This document shows positions 1 through 13,805 of a stretch of DNA of 64,000 nucleotides, one piece after another; position 1 is the first letter of the stretch; each line of letters opens with the position of its first letter. The translations under genes and the position numbers were made by a program. This DNA comes from Mytilus edulis (lineage: Eukaryota). Below the pieces are notes generated by a model, which saw only the letters and a list, made by a program, of their open reading frames with translations, was not told where the DNA came from and did no database searches. The stretch is taken from assembly GCF_963676685.1 (NCBI RefSeq), contig NC_092351.1, positions 34,968,001-35,032,000 on the forward strand, in the 5' to 3' direction.

Positions 1-1404
1 ATAAATTTTGTGTCATGAATCATTATATATTTCCTTTTTCCATAATATACCAAATTAGGCGAGTGACTTATTTCAAAAAGACGCTTGGTTAACGACTTTA
101 ATGCACCCACCTAACAAACGGCTGTATTATATATCATTTGAAAGTTAATAATCTGTACTTTTTGTTTTGACTGGTCGTAAAAAATCGTATGGTGCATTTT
201 CTGTTAAATCAAGGTCAAAGGTCATGAATAAACATTCCAAAATTTAGCGATTATTAAACAAAAGGCCATTTTCTAATTCTTGTACCATAAAATTTTCCAA
301 AAGATCATATGAGCTTTATATGATACATTATTTCCAAATCAAACAAAAATAAGAGGTTAGCAGTATTTGCTGAAAATTCATCACAAATCCGAAAAAAATG
401 AAAAAATGTTCCAAAAGCAAAATATGTCTTGGGGGATCGATATTTGTATGCTAAATAAATAGATAAATGTATATGTTTTAGGTCAAGTAATATTGTTTTT
501 GTAATCTTAAGATGCAGTTATTAATTATTGTTCATAGAACTGCCTTTTATTGAAGTGTTTGCAGTTGCCCAAAAATCTGTCATTTGCAAATAGCGATCAT
601 TTTGTTATTCTATGTTAAGATCGCACATCACTAATTGTCAAGATCAGGTAGGAGAACGATTTTCCATAATAAAACAAGGGATATTTAAAGTTCGAAAAGA
701 ATATATACGAGCTAATTGAGGTAAAAATATCTTTTTAATGAAGTCAAACTTATTTACTTTTTGTAATCATGTTTAAATGCAAACATGACTTTGCGACTAA
801 ATCGTAGGCAACATTGAAATAAGTAACCTTGTCTAAAGCGGGATGAAAGCGAACTAAATATGATGCTGCTGCTCCGTCTTTATTTTAAAATCATATCAGA
901 CATATTAAATGTGTTTAGAAGTTTAATCTCTTTAATTATTTGAATAAAAGATACTTTGAGTATTTTCAACATAAGGTTTTAAAATACAAATGCAGGTCAA
1001 TGTGTATGTAAAACACTATAAGCAGTTGTGAAAAAGTTCAATACACTTCCTGACCTCATAAGATCAGTCGCTGTTTTAGGCTGTGATCGTTTTCATGCTG
1101 TGCTGTGTTTTGTGGACTGTTGTTCGTCTCTTGGGCTTTAATTTTATTTTGTTCATGGTTTTAAATAAGTTTGTTTGATTCATGTTTGAGATGTTGATTT
1201 TCCCTTTGGTATTATTTTACTTTAAAGACATTAACTTGCAGTAATGAAAATCGGCTCAAAGTAAAGTGAAGAAGATAAACGCAATAAGACAAATATCTGC
1301 AAAAATAACTTAATTTACTCACGGTAATATAGATATAAAACCAAATCGTTATCATGATCAATTTAACTACAATGATCAACAATTTTTAAAACTTTTACTA
1401 CTTG

Positions 1405-2760
1405 AAGAGGGACGAAGTATATCAAAGGGGCATCAACTCATAATTGAAAACGAACTGACAAAGCCGTGCAAAAAACGAAATAGACAAGCAACAGTATACA
1501 AAACACAACATATAAAGCTACAGATTGAGTAACACAAACCCTCAAAGATATTTCGGGTGAACTCAGAGGCTCCCAAAGGGTAAGCAGATCATGTTCCACA
1601 TGTGACACCCGTCTTGTGGCTCATGTAATTCCGAACTCGGTGCCAAGTCTTATTCGGTAGGTGACATTCAAGGCAGAGATGACGGTATTTTATACGTCGA
1701 TTGGAACTTATCAGTCGTCATCTGGCGAAACAGATATTTCATAATTGTCAACCAACTTGTAGTGGCGTCCATAAAATTTTCACAGGGATGATTTCAATTT
1801 TGAATTTGAACTCTGGTTTTAAAGCATGTTCAACCACCAATTTTCTTTAAATGTCCTGTACCAAGTCAGGCATATGGCAGTTTGTATCTAATAATCTGTT
1901 CCTTTGTATGTTTGCGTTTGCGTTTGTTTTTGTAGCAGTTCAGTGTTTCTGTTATTCCGTTGTGATCCACTTATAGTTGATGCGTTTCCCCTGGTTTTGG
2001 TTTGTGACCCGGATTTGTATCAGTTACTTAAAAATCGATTGATGACTATTGGGTAGCGGTATACTATAGTTGCCTTTATTCAATATCTTCATTGTGAGCA
2101 GTTACGCGCTATCACGAAAATCGTGAAAGTAAATACAAGCTCTATAATATTGTATCAACTTGGAGATATGTACTCCACAATAAGATGCAACGAAATCGCT
2201 TTACAATTGGGCACGTCTTTAAATAAAGAGTTTTATTTAATTTCGCGGGCAATACGTTGACTGAGCATGCAAAGACAAATTTAGGAAATACAAATCCCTA
2301 CATTTATACGTCCTATCATAAATATTTCCGACTTGTTTTTGTTTCAGAGGAGTTGAGGCTCTGAGGCTCAATGAATTCGGTCTCCTCCTTTAGTAGTATA
2401 GATATGCAGGCGTTTCTATAATGTTGCTACATAGAAATGGAAAGTTTATAATAGGGTAGTAATGAGTGTTTTATGGGTTAATTAATGCTCATCTCTTTTG
2501 TCGTAAAACTTGTTCTCAGCCAATCCTCATTGTCGATTTCAAGATACGTGATAGAGTCCAACATTGTCACAAATTTGGCACTATTCATGCAGTGAGATAA
2601 AATCATCTATATAGTGGAAAGCGAACTTTCAAGATACTGTTAGCTTCTTTTCAGTCATCATCAGAAGCTCTTGCATGAATTCATCCTTGTATGAAAAATG
2701 AACTAGTCATGCCACAAGCTATTCAGGAGGTCTAGTTGTAACTAGAATCGTTGCGTATTA
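1405..2760 (-). mobile_element. Decayed, fragmented Penelope-like element (3' region and RT remnants), interrupted by another repeat at ~1825-2080
   Basis: Segments align by eye to the element at 39714-41343 (aagagggacgaa...; gggtaagcagatc...tccacatgtg; ggcgtcc.taaaattt...gggatgatttcaa; ggaaagtt.ataat). Confidence 0.7.
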
Positions 2761-4123
2761 ATGGATTTTCTTTTTCAAAATTATACTTTTTTGATGAATT
2801 ATTGCATTTAAACAATGAACAACGCAATTTAAGCAATCAAGAAGTCAAGAAGTCAAGTTTTATAATATGTTTACTGGTTTTTTAATTCTTTGAAATTTAA
2901 TTTTTATCAATTTATTTTTTATTTAATTTTGTCTAAATTTTCTATTTCTTTTTTATGGTTCACATCAAATAAATAAAAGGTCTTTTCACTTCATCAAAAT
3001 TTATAATGAAGCTTCAAATGAAACACTTAGAAAAGTCGAAAGATGTTTATTTCAGTCTGGTAGTTACAATGCAGATTGCAATCTTTTATTTCAAGCTATA
3101 GAATGATGCGCGCACATGTTTTTTTACTTTACATTTTTCAGATTCTTACGAATTCGTTTATTAAATCTTATATTGACCACATACAATGTTTAAATAGGAA
3201 GAAATGCTTAGAAGTAAGCATAGTTTTAGGAAATTTATGATGTCAAAAACTACTTTGATAGTTATTACAGGGTTATACTTAGTTTTAAGTGATAATCATA
3301 CTCTATATTGATTATAATCCAAAAAGTTGACGTCGGCTTTACTATATGTCTCTTATTTTACTCGTTTTATCATAAACGGTACTGTTTTTTCTTTGAATAG
3401 CAATAATGAATCCTGTAACCCAATTATTGACATTTTTACCTATTGTGTCTGTTTGTTTTGTTCACACATCGCTGTCAAGTAAATGGAACTGTATGCCACT
3501 GTCATACAGGTGAGAGGTTTAGCTATTTATAAAACCAGATTTAATCAACCATTTTCAACATGAGAAAATGCCTGTACCAAATCAGGAAAAAAGACCAATG
3601 CAATCCATTCGTTTGATGGGTTTAAGATGTTGATTTTGCCGTTTTATCAGGGAATTTTTCTCGACATTCGATATTTTTGTGATTCTACTTTGTATATACG
3701 TATAATATTGCCACTGCCTTAAACTTAATCACATTTCTTTCAAAAAATCATTGTCTGATTTATTCCGTTTTACTGTTGTAAATTGAGATGTGCAAACTAC
3801 AGCAAATTGATTCTTTTTATGCCATATACTCACTGTTTTCAGTATCTTCCTTACTTTTCTCGTAACTTATTCAAGTGACCGTGATAAAACTTTCTTTCTA
3901 TTATGTTTATAATATATCTGTTTTTCCCGATATCTCGACACTTTTGCTATGACTCCAGCTCGTGTTGCTCCATGTAAATCTTTCATATCATGTATTGTTA
4001 AATGCCTTTTCTTTATGAGCTACGTGATTAATTGTGCTTATCTTAAAGATCTTGAGAACACAATTTGGTTTTAAACATTCAAATAAAATGTAAACAAATT
4101 ATTGCAACTAAAACCACACGTAC

Positions 4124-4403
4124 CTTTTATCATAACTTGTGAATTCTGAAATTGTTCCATTCCTTGACTACAACTAGTCTCCAATCTACACAGCTTCGAT
4201 CCTTCTTCGTAGTTTGAGGAACAACATCGTTGATCAAAGGTACACAGAGCTGCACAAACCAAAGCTGATCTTACTGATGTAGTTGCTATACTACCAGAAA
4301 GTAGTCGTTTATTATTTACTACATGAAAATTTATTTGGTTAAGAGCAACTGAAAAGGAAACTAAATTTGTCAAAATGTAAAATTCACAACAAAAAAGTAA
4401 CAT
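4124..4403 (-). CDS. First coding exon of a secreted PAN/apple-domain protein; downstream exons not resolved
   Basis: Hydrophobic N-terminus, PAN-type Cys pattern (CAALC..DQRCCSSNY....LCRL), GT donor after ATAAAAG at 4123 (phase 1). Confidence 0.65.
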
Positions 4404-5223
4404 TTAAAATTTTGCAGTGCCTTGGTTAAAATTGATATCAGAAGAGTTCTGTATGATCAATGTCAGCAACTACGCATTATTATATTTTTAAAGTTTCAGA
4501 ATTAACTTTGTTTATCTCACGCCAATCAAGCAAACAGTGAAAAGTAAAGCTGAGATTTTTACAACCAATCAAATACCTCCATATGTAAACTTTTAATAAT
4601 CAATAGCAACAATTCAATGTTTGTTATTCACATAGCATCTTTTACAAAACAACAGTTATACAAGTATTCGTTAAGAACTGATAAATAATAAAGTTGTCAT
4701 ATCAAAAGATATGAATGGATTAAATGGTTTTTAACAAGTTTTCCTATAATGTTTTTCGTTAAAAAAAAATACAATGTAGAGCTAAGGAAGTTATATTCTT
4801 AATTATATACTAAATCATCGTACCTTTTTATTTCCAAAAAAGGATCAAGCAAACGAATTTTTTTATGACTTAATCATGTTAATATTACAGTTTCTTTGTA
4901 TTCCTCTTATAAATAATATGATTCCATCGGTTTTATTTCATAACCAAGATTTGTTTTCTCTCTATAGATTTATGACTTTTAAACACCGGAATACCGGTTT
5001 TAGTATGGTGGTTAATTGTATTTTGAGGTTAATAAACTTTTGGTTCGAGCGATTTCAATAAGGTTAATTTGAAGTGGCTTTCAAAAGAATTTGGTAATCG
5101 TTTCTGCTATTAAACTTTTTGACCAGTTGCGAACAAAGTTTATAATCATTCAAGAGAAGCGCATTTAAAATGCAGTATCATTATATCATGAAGTTCAAGT
5201 TCATGAACATGTACTGTACTTCA

Positions 5224-5580
5224 AATAAAGGCAACAGTAGTATACCGCTGTTCGAAAGTCAATCATACCGCATCTTCTTTTTTAATTAATCGATTTAAAG
5301 AAAACAAATCCGGATTACAAACTAAAACTGAGGTAATCACATCAACTATAAGAGGAAAACAACGAGACAACAAAAACACTGAAGTGCAACAAAATAACAA
5401 AACGAAAATGCAACACACTCAGATAAGATAAAAACTGCCATTTTCCTGACTTGGTACATGACATTTTAAGAAAAAACTAGTTGATTGAACCTGATGTTGC
5501 GGCTAGCCAAACCTCACGCTTTTATGACAATGTTAAATATAACATTAAAATGACAATATTACATGACAGGAATACATTAC
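5224..5580 (+). repeat. Interspersed repeat family A (aaataaaggcaacagtagtataccgctgttc...)
   Basis: Other copies at ~1825-2080 (-), ~34950-35378 (-) and ~61850-62275 (+). Confidence 0.75.
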
Positions 5581-6240
5581 TTAAAACAATCTCTGTTACT
5601 TTAGTTTATAGGTTTAACCACAAATGTTTTTTTTTGACAAGTTAAAGCTTCCGTTATGTTTCGCTTCATATACTTTTGCCGAATAACGAGCTGACATTTT
5701 GGGCATTATCTGTCTAGTTTAATTTCAATAAGCCGACCAACATTATAACAAATAACTTTGAAAATATTAAAATGTATATTCAATTTACATTATGTCCAAA
5801 AAAAGCAATGAACAATGCATAGATTTGTTATAATGTATCAGCATTCCGTGTGTATTAAGTTAAGACACTATCCGACTACCGACGGTTATATGATGCAATT
5901 TTAACATACACAAAAATATAAATAGACAGAAAAAGACGTTCAACCTAAAATGACAATTTTTTGTTTAGATCTATTTGATTTTTGGTCATAGATAAGAAAT
6001 AAAGTTTTACCTCTATAGGAATATTTTATTGTTGGCCGAGGCAGTCAAATAAATTAAAAGTCCTCGTGTTTCTAGTTAAAAGTTGCATGGATACGGATTC
6101 AAAAATAGGTTGAATTATTAATTTACAAGTCAAAGATATTTCAGCGAGGTTTTTAGCTTATTGGACATATTGAACCAAACCGACAGCTAATAGCTAATTA
6201 TTACTTTCATAAATGTGTGAAAAGTCATATTGTTTGTATC

Positions 6241-6915
6241 TATTTCGTAGCTTATGTCCCTTTAAAGAAAAATGCATGAAATTGTACATGTCCTGATTTT
6301 TAAATGACTGCTGATGTTAACCAGATTCTAATGTACATGTGTGTAAAATTATGACTAACAGATAGAGTTTATGTTTTACCTGTTGATCTACCCTTTGCGA
6401 TAGGATAGCAGACAGTGGCATTTGGGTTGTGACGACGCAAGCATTTCTGTTGTTGTTGTCTGTTATACCGTTATTTTAAAAAGGAAAAAAAATAATTGTT
6501 TTGGAACAATCAAAATCCAAAACACAAAGGCCACATCAGACAAAAAACAGAAAAGTATTATTATACTCATTAATTAATAAAATGAGGAATAAGCAATCAA
6601 ATTAATGTTCATCGATTTTACTCAAATTTTCATAGTCGGTTTATGACATACTGAAACGTATATCCAAATTACAAAAAAGTCTTAAACAAACAATGTAGCA
6701 ATCAATCACTGAATATTATGCATTGACGCTTTGTGTAATTTACATTGTATGTCTTTCTATATTGGCCTTTTTGGACTTTAAGTAGCATAATACATGCTAA
6801 GGGCTAAAAAAAAATGCTGCGAAAAGCGAATTTTCACATCATTATTTCGCTATGAACAATGATTGTATAAAAGAAAAATCGTATGTTTTTATATTTCGTA
6901 GCTGATGCACTTTAA
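6241..6915. mobile_element. Two Kolobok-like DNA transposon termini (tatttcgtagct.atg...ct followed by TTAA) at ~6241-6265 and ~6892-6915
   Basis: Similar terminal motifs each abutting TTAA; partner ends not found. Confidence 0.35.
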
Positions 6916-8705
6916 AATGGAATGAAGAAAGATTTTTATATAACCATCAACTGTCATTTTTAAAAATACAGGAACAAGTATGCTATAAAAGGGGACACTA
7001 TTTGTGCTCCTAGGAATAACCATAATCTGCATATGAACCTCTTTTGGCAAAATAAATAAATTTCTTTTCGTTATAAGGCTTAACGAATACCGTTATGCGT
7101 AGTTATTTGCACGGGTGGATTTATAAAGAACTGTACATTTAACGCCACCCAAGTTCAAACTTGATCTGTGTTCTTTGCAATTGATAATAAGCATTGTGTA
7201 TAAGTTTTTTACACATTTGGTTTAGGAAAAGTAATGGAACGGAAACTTGTTTTAGGACGGACGTACAGATGATAACAAGTAAAATCACAAAAATACTGAA
7301 CTCAGAGGAAAATCCAATCGGAAAGTCCATAAACTCATGGCAAAATCAAATGACAAAACACATAAAAAACGAATGGACAAGAACTGTCATATTCCTGACT
7401 CGGTAAAGACATTTTCAAATGTTGACAATGGTGGATTAAACTTGGTTTTAATTTGAATGCTCCACTCTGACACGATCTGGACATTAAATTCGTGCTTTCT
7501 TGGATACAAGTAACGAATATTTTTAATATAATATATGTTAGCTATGTACTATTTATACAGTGGTCACTTTAATCCTTTTATCAACCTTATACGGTCAGTA
7601 TGAAAGCTAGTGTTGATATCGTTGTTTATATGTGTGACCTATTTACCTTTCAACCACTGGTCATTTGTACACATTTTTCAACCTATAACTTTAGTCAGTG
7701 TGTAACAACACCCATTTTTAAAAGGATTCATTTACTAGTAGCATTTATTACCAGGTAAAATAGTTTATATTATATCAAACTATATTTTTGACTTATTTAA
7801 TTTACTGGACGATATATAAAAAAAATACTATCAATTTATTTACACTTATATTATATCAATTAAAATTATCAATGGTTAGATTTTGATCTATTGATGCATT
7901 TCTTATTTATCTTTTTCTGACCATTGTATATGTCATGTTAAAGTTGCCATGAACAAAACATTCTACATATTATAAATCGCAAAATAAAAAGTATAATTGA
8001 TAAAATGTGTAAAAGTACCTCGTAAATTTTATAACACGCACAATATGTAAGAAATGGTCTTTACTTAAAACATATAACGTTGCATCGGAAATACATTTAA
8101 GCAAATTCTGTCAAATATCCCTTCATTTGTCCAAATTTCACTTCCAATTTTATAGATGCTATTTTCATTCATATTTATCACAATGTTTTTAAAGTTTACC
8201 TCGTCGATAGGGTGGAATTGGAATGATATAACATTTTCACCTTGAGAGAAATCATTTAATCTAAATTTTATTGTTTTGATAAGGCATTACCTTGTACTTT
8301 GGCCAGAAAGGAAATCATTTGTGCACGCTTGATGTCAATAACTAATATTTCAGACAAAGCCCCATTAGTATTGACATGAGATATATGACCATTAGAAAGC
8401 GCCCTTATACGAGGAATTATTCCTGTAGGTGTAATGCTATGTTTGCTTCATCATTTACATTAGCGAAGTCGCTTCAAAGAAGTTATCATACTTTCAAAAT
8501 ATCAATTTATCATACTTTCAGATCTGCTTTTCACTCCCGGTTTTTAGTAGAGTTCGTGTTGTTTCTTATTTATTATTTATAACTGTTGATGTAAATGGTC
8601 TTTGGTTTTTTTTTTGGTCTTTGTTTACTCTTTGGTTTTTATTGTTATTGTCGTTCAAAATATCATACATTTAAAGATTGAACAAACAACACATTAATCC
8701 ACGAA

Positions 8706-9140
8706 TAAGTTGAATATTTAATAAGATTTCTTAAAAAAAACAACCCAAAAACAAATCGAGGAGAAAAAATACACCGATAACAAGAAAAACAAAATGGAAT
8801 TTACTTGAAGTAAAGAACAAACGTCATTGACGTTGCCTTGGAACATCTATATTTAGGTACAAGGACGATGTTACAAATCTTATATTAACCTCTCGTGATT
8901 TAAGACGCGCAAAATATATTGATTAATCATTATCATGTTTTCACATGTCCTCCAGGTTTTTATTATATCCTCTGACGTCATACAACAATAGTCGTTGTGA
9001 AGATATCGATTACGGCGGATATAAACAAATTGTGAATGCGCAGAAATAGATAGTTTTTCTTGTTATCGGTGTATTTTTTCTCCTCAATTTGTTTTTGGGT
9101 TGTTGTTTTTTTTAAGAAATCTTATTAAATATTTAACTTA
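8706..9140. repeat. ~85-bp inverted repeat pair (8706-8790 / 9053-9140) around a ~260-bp loop
   Basis: aagttgaatatttaataagatttcttaaaaaaaacaacccaaaaacaaatcgaggagaaaaaatacaccgataacaagaaaaac and its near-exact reverse complement. Confidence 0.85.
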
Positions 9141-9264
9141 AGAAAATTGGCAAAAGCAAATGATATATTTATTAAAAGAACAAGGATCTTTTTTAAAATG
9201 TGATGAGTATCTGAGCAAATACTAGAAAATTGGTCAATAATAAAAAAAAAGTCATATAGTAAAA

Positions 9265-9406
9265 CAGTTGTTGACTTTTGATTTCAGTTGATACAATGAG
9301 TTATCAACCCCTGAGATATGACATTCAACCTTGGTCGTCAGCCTTGGTGAATGTTATATCTCTTGGATAAATCATTTCATCAACTGAAATCAAAAGTCAA
9401 TAATTG
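9265..9406. mobile_element. Palindromic MITE-like hairpin element
   Basis: ttgacttttgatttcagttgat ... atcaactgaaatcaaaagtcaa long self-complementary arms. Confidence 0.7.
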
Positions 9407-9568
9407 CATAATATATACACCTTCTTCTAAAATATCATATCTTTCTTTAGAATTAAGCTTTGATTTACTGTATACATTTGCATATCCTCAGTTCTTGATG
9501 ACAGACATCACTGATTTCGCTTTCAGATATACTGAATAGTAAGACAGACGATAAATACCGACCCAAAA

Positions 9569-12500
9569 ATGTTGCTGAAGGAAACTGAAATGATACGAAG
9601 AGCGACAATTGAGGATTACGATGCTGTCATCTCTATTTTACCCGGGAAAGACTATGATGGCGATTACCTACCGGATTACTTTCACATGTTGATGAACAAT
9701 CAATCTATCAAAGCTTATGTGTATATCCTTGATGGCAAAATAGTATGTAACTATTTAAAAATTCTAAATACATATTTGGAATTTCTTTTATTAAGGATTA
9801 ACCATGTACATGATGTAGTACGGATCGTTCGGTCATTAAACAAGTCCATCTAAACATTGAAATCGCTTGAGTTAATAACATGAATAAATTAACAAATAAA
9901 AAAGTAGGCGACTACAAATGCTTCACAAATGTAATAATTTGAGTCCTATAGATATAAGATTTGTTACGATATAACTAAAATTGAGGAATCCTTATTAAGG
10001 TTCATCCCGAAATATTGACACTGATGTCAGTCCAAAATGTAAGAATATAATACCTCAAACTTTCTTTTTTCCTCAGCTTATTTTGGAAACGGAATGTACT
10101 GACAGTCGAGGAGTAAAATGTGTATGATGTATCCCACGGGTGGAAGGGGTGTTTATCGGCGATTTATCTACCCCTATCCTATTCATATATTAACTTTTGG
10201 GGAAATTCCTAACAATTCATATATTTAATGAGCAAAAACAAAACCCATTTATAAATTTTAAGGCAACCAAACATACCATTTGTGAACCACTTGAAATCAT
10301 TCATACAGACAAGAAATAAAAAGAACAGTGCACAGTTTTCACAAATATCATCAACAGAAGGTGAAAAGTTGTGAACAATTGATACATAATCTTTTTATCA
10401 ATTGTTCATTGAAACATATGTCATTGCTAAAAAAAAAAATCAATAAAATGTATCTTATTTGGCATTAAACAAGGGCAAGCTTTAAACGTGTCATGTTGAG
10501 TCATGTATAGAACCAACAAAGATATCAGGTTTAAAATGTGTTAGAAAGGAGCGCAACGGACTCAATTGATGCTCGAATAACAGAAGTTCAAATGACGTAT
10601 TTTATTAAATCCGTTGGATGTGTACTTGTTGATACTTTATTATATGAAAATTTGTTTTATTTATAAGTTGTAAAAGGCTTTGACTAATCTTGTTTGAAGA
10701 CGGGCGTCTTCTGGTACTTGATTTCATTTATTGCGCTTTGAACTTGTATCATTATCCTGTTTCAGAGTTAAATATGTTTCTTATTTTAAAACAAGTTGAC
10801 AATATGCGTATATCGACGTGATTTGAACTTTGATGGATAGTTGTCACATTGGCATTCATATCACATCTTCTTAGTAGTTTTATATTAAATTAAATAAAAC
10901 AAGCCATATATTTAAAAAAAGAAATGATGTTTCTTTTTGAATTGTATTAACTTATGAAGCCATATTTACCCTAGCCTCTTCTATCTACTTTGCTTAAACA
11001 CAAAATAACGGGTATTAGATTATAGAGCGAGTATTTCCATACCAATGTTTCATGTTTATTATTTGCATTGCTTTCTTTTAAGACTGGCTTCCAAATTGTA
11101 TACCTGGTAGACGGTGGAACAACTGGTGTTATGAGAAGTGGTCGTATACGAAAAGACACACAAGGCAAAGGTGTATTGAGAAAACTTGGAGAATTCACCA
11201 TGGAACAAAATCCAAACTTGACACATGTTGTATTTGCTACTGGAACAAATGTACCAACTATCTTTCAGAATATAAGAAATGGCGAATATCAATTTGTTGC
11301 GAAAAGGGTATTTTTTTTTATATTATATCATTATTTAGAATATATATGGTACGATTGCCCATCAGGCAACTCTCAAGCAGACACAAACATGACATAGAAC
11401 TATTCAATTGTATGTCTCCGTGCGACTTTAGCATTGAGAAAAAGCAATACAACAAACCATGCAATAAAATGCCCGGAAATGACAATTGTAAATTAATTCA
11501 AACGAGAAAACGAACGGGTTGATGTATGTACAAAAAAAAAACTAAAAACAATTATAATATACTGCTAGCGGTGTTAGCCCAACTGAAAGTTAACTGCGAT
11601 AGAATGTTTGTTATAAACAATGCAAGAATATCTGTTCTTTTCTTTCGAGTGACCGTGCAAGGGCTGTATAGCCAGTCAAGGTCGTTAAAAACTTCCATTT
11701 GTTGTTTTCTTCCGTTTATATGTGTGTCATGAGTTTAATAATATTACAAAATAGTTCGTCTGTTTGGGACTTTTTTATTGAAGGAATTTGTGTGCCCCAC
11801 TTACTTCTGGTCTGTGCGTTCGTTCGTTTGTCCGTTCGTTTGTCTGTCCGGCTTCATGTTAAAGTTTTTGGTCGAGGTAGTTTTTGATGAAGTTGAAGCC
11901 CAATCAACTTGAAACTTTTTTTTTTTTTCTTTTTTTTTTTAAACTTGAAACTTAGTATACATGCTCTCTATGATATGATCTTTCTAATTTAAATGCCAAA
12001 TTACAATTTTTATCCCAATTTCACGGTCCACTAAACATAGAAAATGATAGTGCGAGTTGGGCATCCGTGTACTATGGACACATTAATTCTTGTTATTTTA
12101 TGACACGGAAAAAAACATTTTCAACTAACCGTGTGTTTTTTTTATTATAAAAGTATACATGTAATTTTACTTTTAGGTTTGTTTATATTATCAGACTAAC
12201 AAACATTCATTAATAGAACATTTACCTGAGATAGACACTCTTGAAAGAACTAAAGTTCTGAATCAAAAAGACTTAATTCAAACCATAAAAGACCAGGACT
12301 TTTATTCACAGATGTTTAAAGACAACCGATTAATTATAGACACTGTTCCATACCGACTTATTGAATCGAACATTCCGATGATACTCATGGAAAGAACAAA
12401 AGCAGTGGCGTCGTATCTTGACGACAATAAGAAAAGTATTATAACTTTTGGAAGTTATTTCAAGCTTAGCAATGGTGAACTATTTTGTAATTTGGATATC

Positions 12501-12737
12501 TATGGAGATGTAGGAAATGCATTGGCTCACCATATTTGCATTCATATTCAACATTTTGTTGAGCACATTACGGATATATTCACTATTGAAGTTCGCTGTC
12601 ACGAACCATTGCCAATTATAGATAAGGCAATGTCAAAGAATGGACTCATGTTAGTATCTGTTGGTAAATTTGTTCGAAATGAACTTATATGTGTTGAAAA
12701 ATCATATTATCCAAATGCTATGCAAGCCAGACTTTGA
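9569..12737 (+). CDS. GNAT-family N-acetyltransferase, NAT16/histidine N-acetyltransferase-like, 319 aa; exons 9569-9742, 11083-11307, 12177-12737
   Basis: Three ORF pieces join in frame via phase-0 GT-AG introns; IRRAT.EDYDAV, DYLPDYF, VDGGTT...GRI....QGKG (acetyl-CoA motif A). Confidence 0.8.
11785..12095 (+). mobile_element. Non-autonomous Helentron-associated (DINE/HINE-like) element in intron 2 of the GNAT gene
   Basis: 5' (GTTC/GTCC)n microsatellite, core repeat, 3' hairpin tccgtgtactatgga followed by cttgtt, in T-rich context. Confidence 0.6.
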
Positions 12738-13517
12738 ATGGTTTCTTACAACCGATTCTGCAAAAGTTCGTAAAGACACATTATCAAGCATACTTCAGAT
12801 GTTTTATTTAATTTGTTTGTATTTGATTCTATTTGTTACTAGATGAACAACTAAAACAATTGCCTCTACGGTACTTCAATATGCTTTAGACACATGTACT
12901 CATGTTAAGATCACCTTAAATGAACAAAAATTAAAAACAATAAAAACAATTAAAAGATTTCTGGAATCCTCTTTCTAAAGCAAAATCCACAAAACATAAT
13001 AATTAAGTAAAATATGTGAAAACCCGCAGTAATTTCGTTAAATTAGTAAGTTAGACTTTTAAACATATGTCCTGCTTTTGTGCTGCTGATTTTTACAAGA
13101 CGTTGAATCAATATTATCGGGAACATAGTTTAATTTAATTCGCTTTGTGACACCATTTTGTTACTATTGACATACATTTGAATCACGTTTTTGAATAATT
13201 GAACTTACATATTACTTTAATGGGACGCATTGTCTGTTCAATATCAGATAAAATCATATTTAGTTACAATATTTCGTTGAAACCATAAAAGTTTCCTCAA
13301 CAAATGGAATGCTAACTAAAACATATTATAAAAGTACACAAGATTGAGCGACAGTTTGAACGACATTAAATGTTTGCATGTTTAACTTTGATCTGTGTTT
13401 CATTTAACCAGAGATTTTTTACTTAAAACAAGATCTTTTGAAGCAGAAATCACAGGATATTCTTCTCATATCGATGAACTAATTGCGCTTCGGTTGTAGT
13501 ATAGCGATTCCTTTGAT

Positions 13518-13805
13518 TAAAATTGAAAATGGAAATGGGAAATTTGTCAAAGAGACAACAACCCGACGATAGAAAAAACAACAGCAGAAGGTCACCAACA
13601 GGTCTTCAATGTAGCGAGAAATTACCGCACCCGGAGGCGTCTTTTAGCTGGCCCCTTAACAAATATATACTAGTTCAGTGATAATGAACGCCATACTAAT
13701 TCCAAATTGTACACAAGAAACTAAAATAATACAAGACTAACAAAGGCCAGATGCTCCTGACTTAGGACAGGCGCAAAAATGCGGCGGGGTTAAACATGTT
13801 TATGA
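13518..13805 (+). repeat. Interspersed repeat family B (aaaattgagaatggaaatggggaatgtgtcaaagagacaacaacccgac...)
   Basis: Second copy 14674-14875; fragments at ~31544, ~36662, ~60550 (-), ~62420 (-). Confidence 0.8.

Noticed and set aside
1-440. Possible end of a DNA transposon at the window start
   Set aside because: Partner terminus would lie outside the window; no diagnostic feature verifiable here
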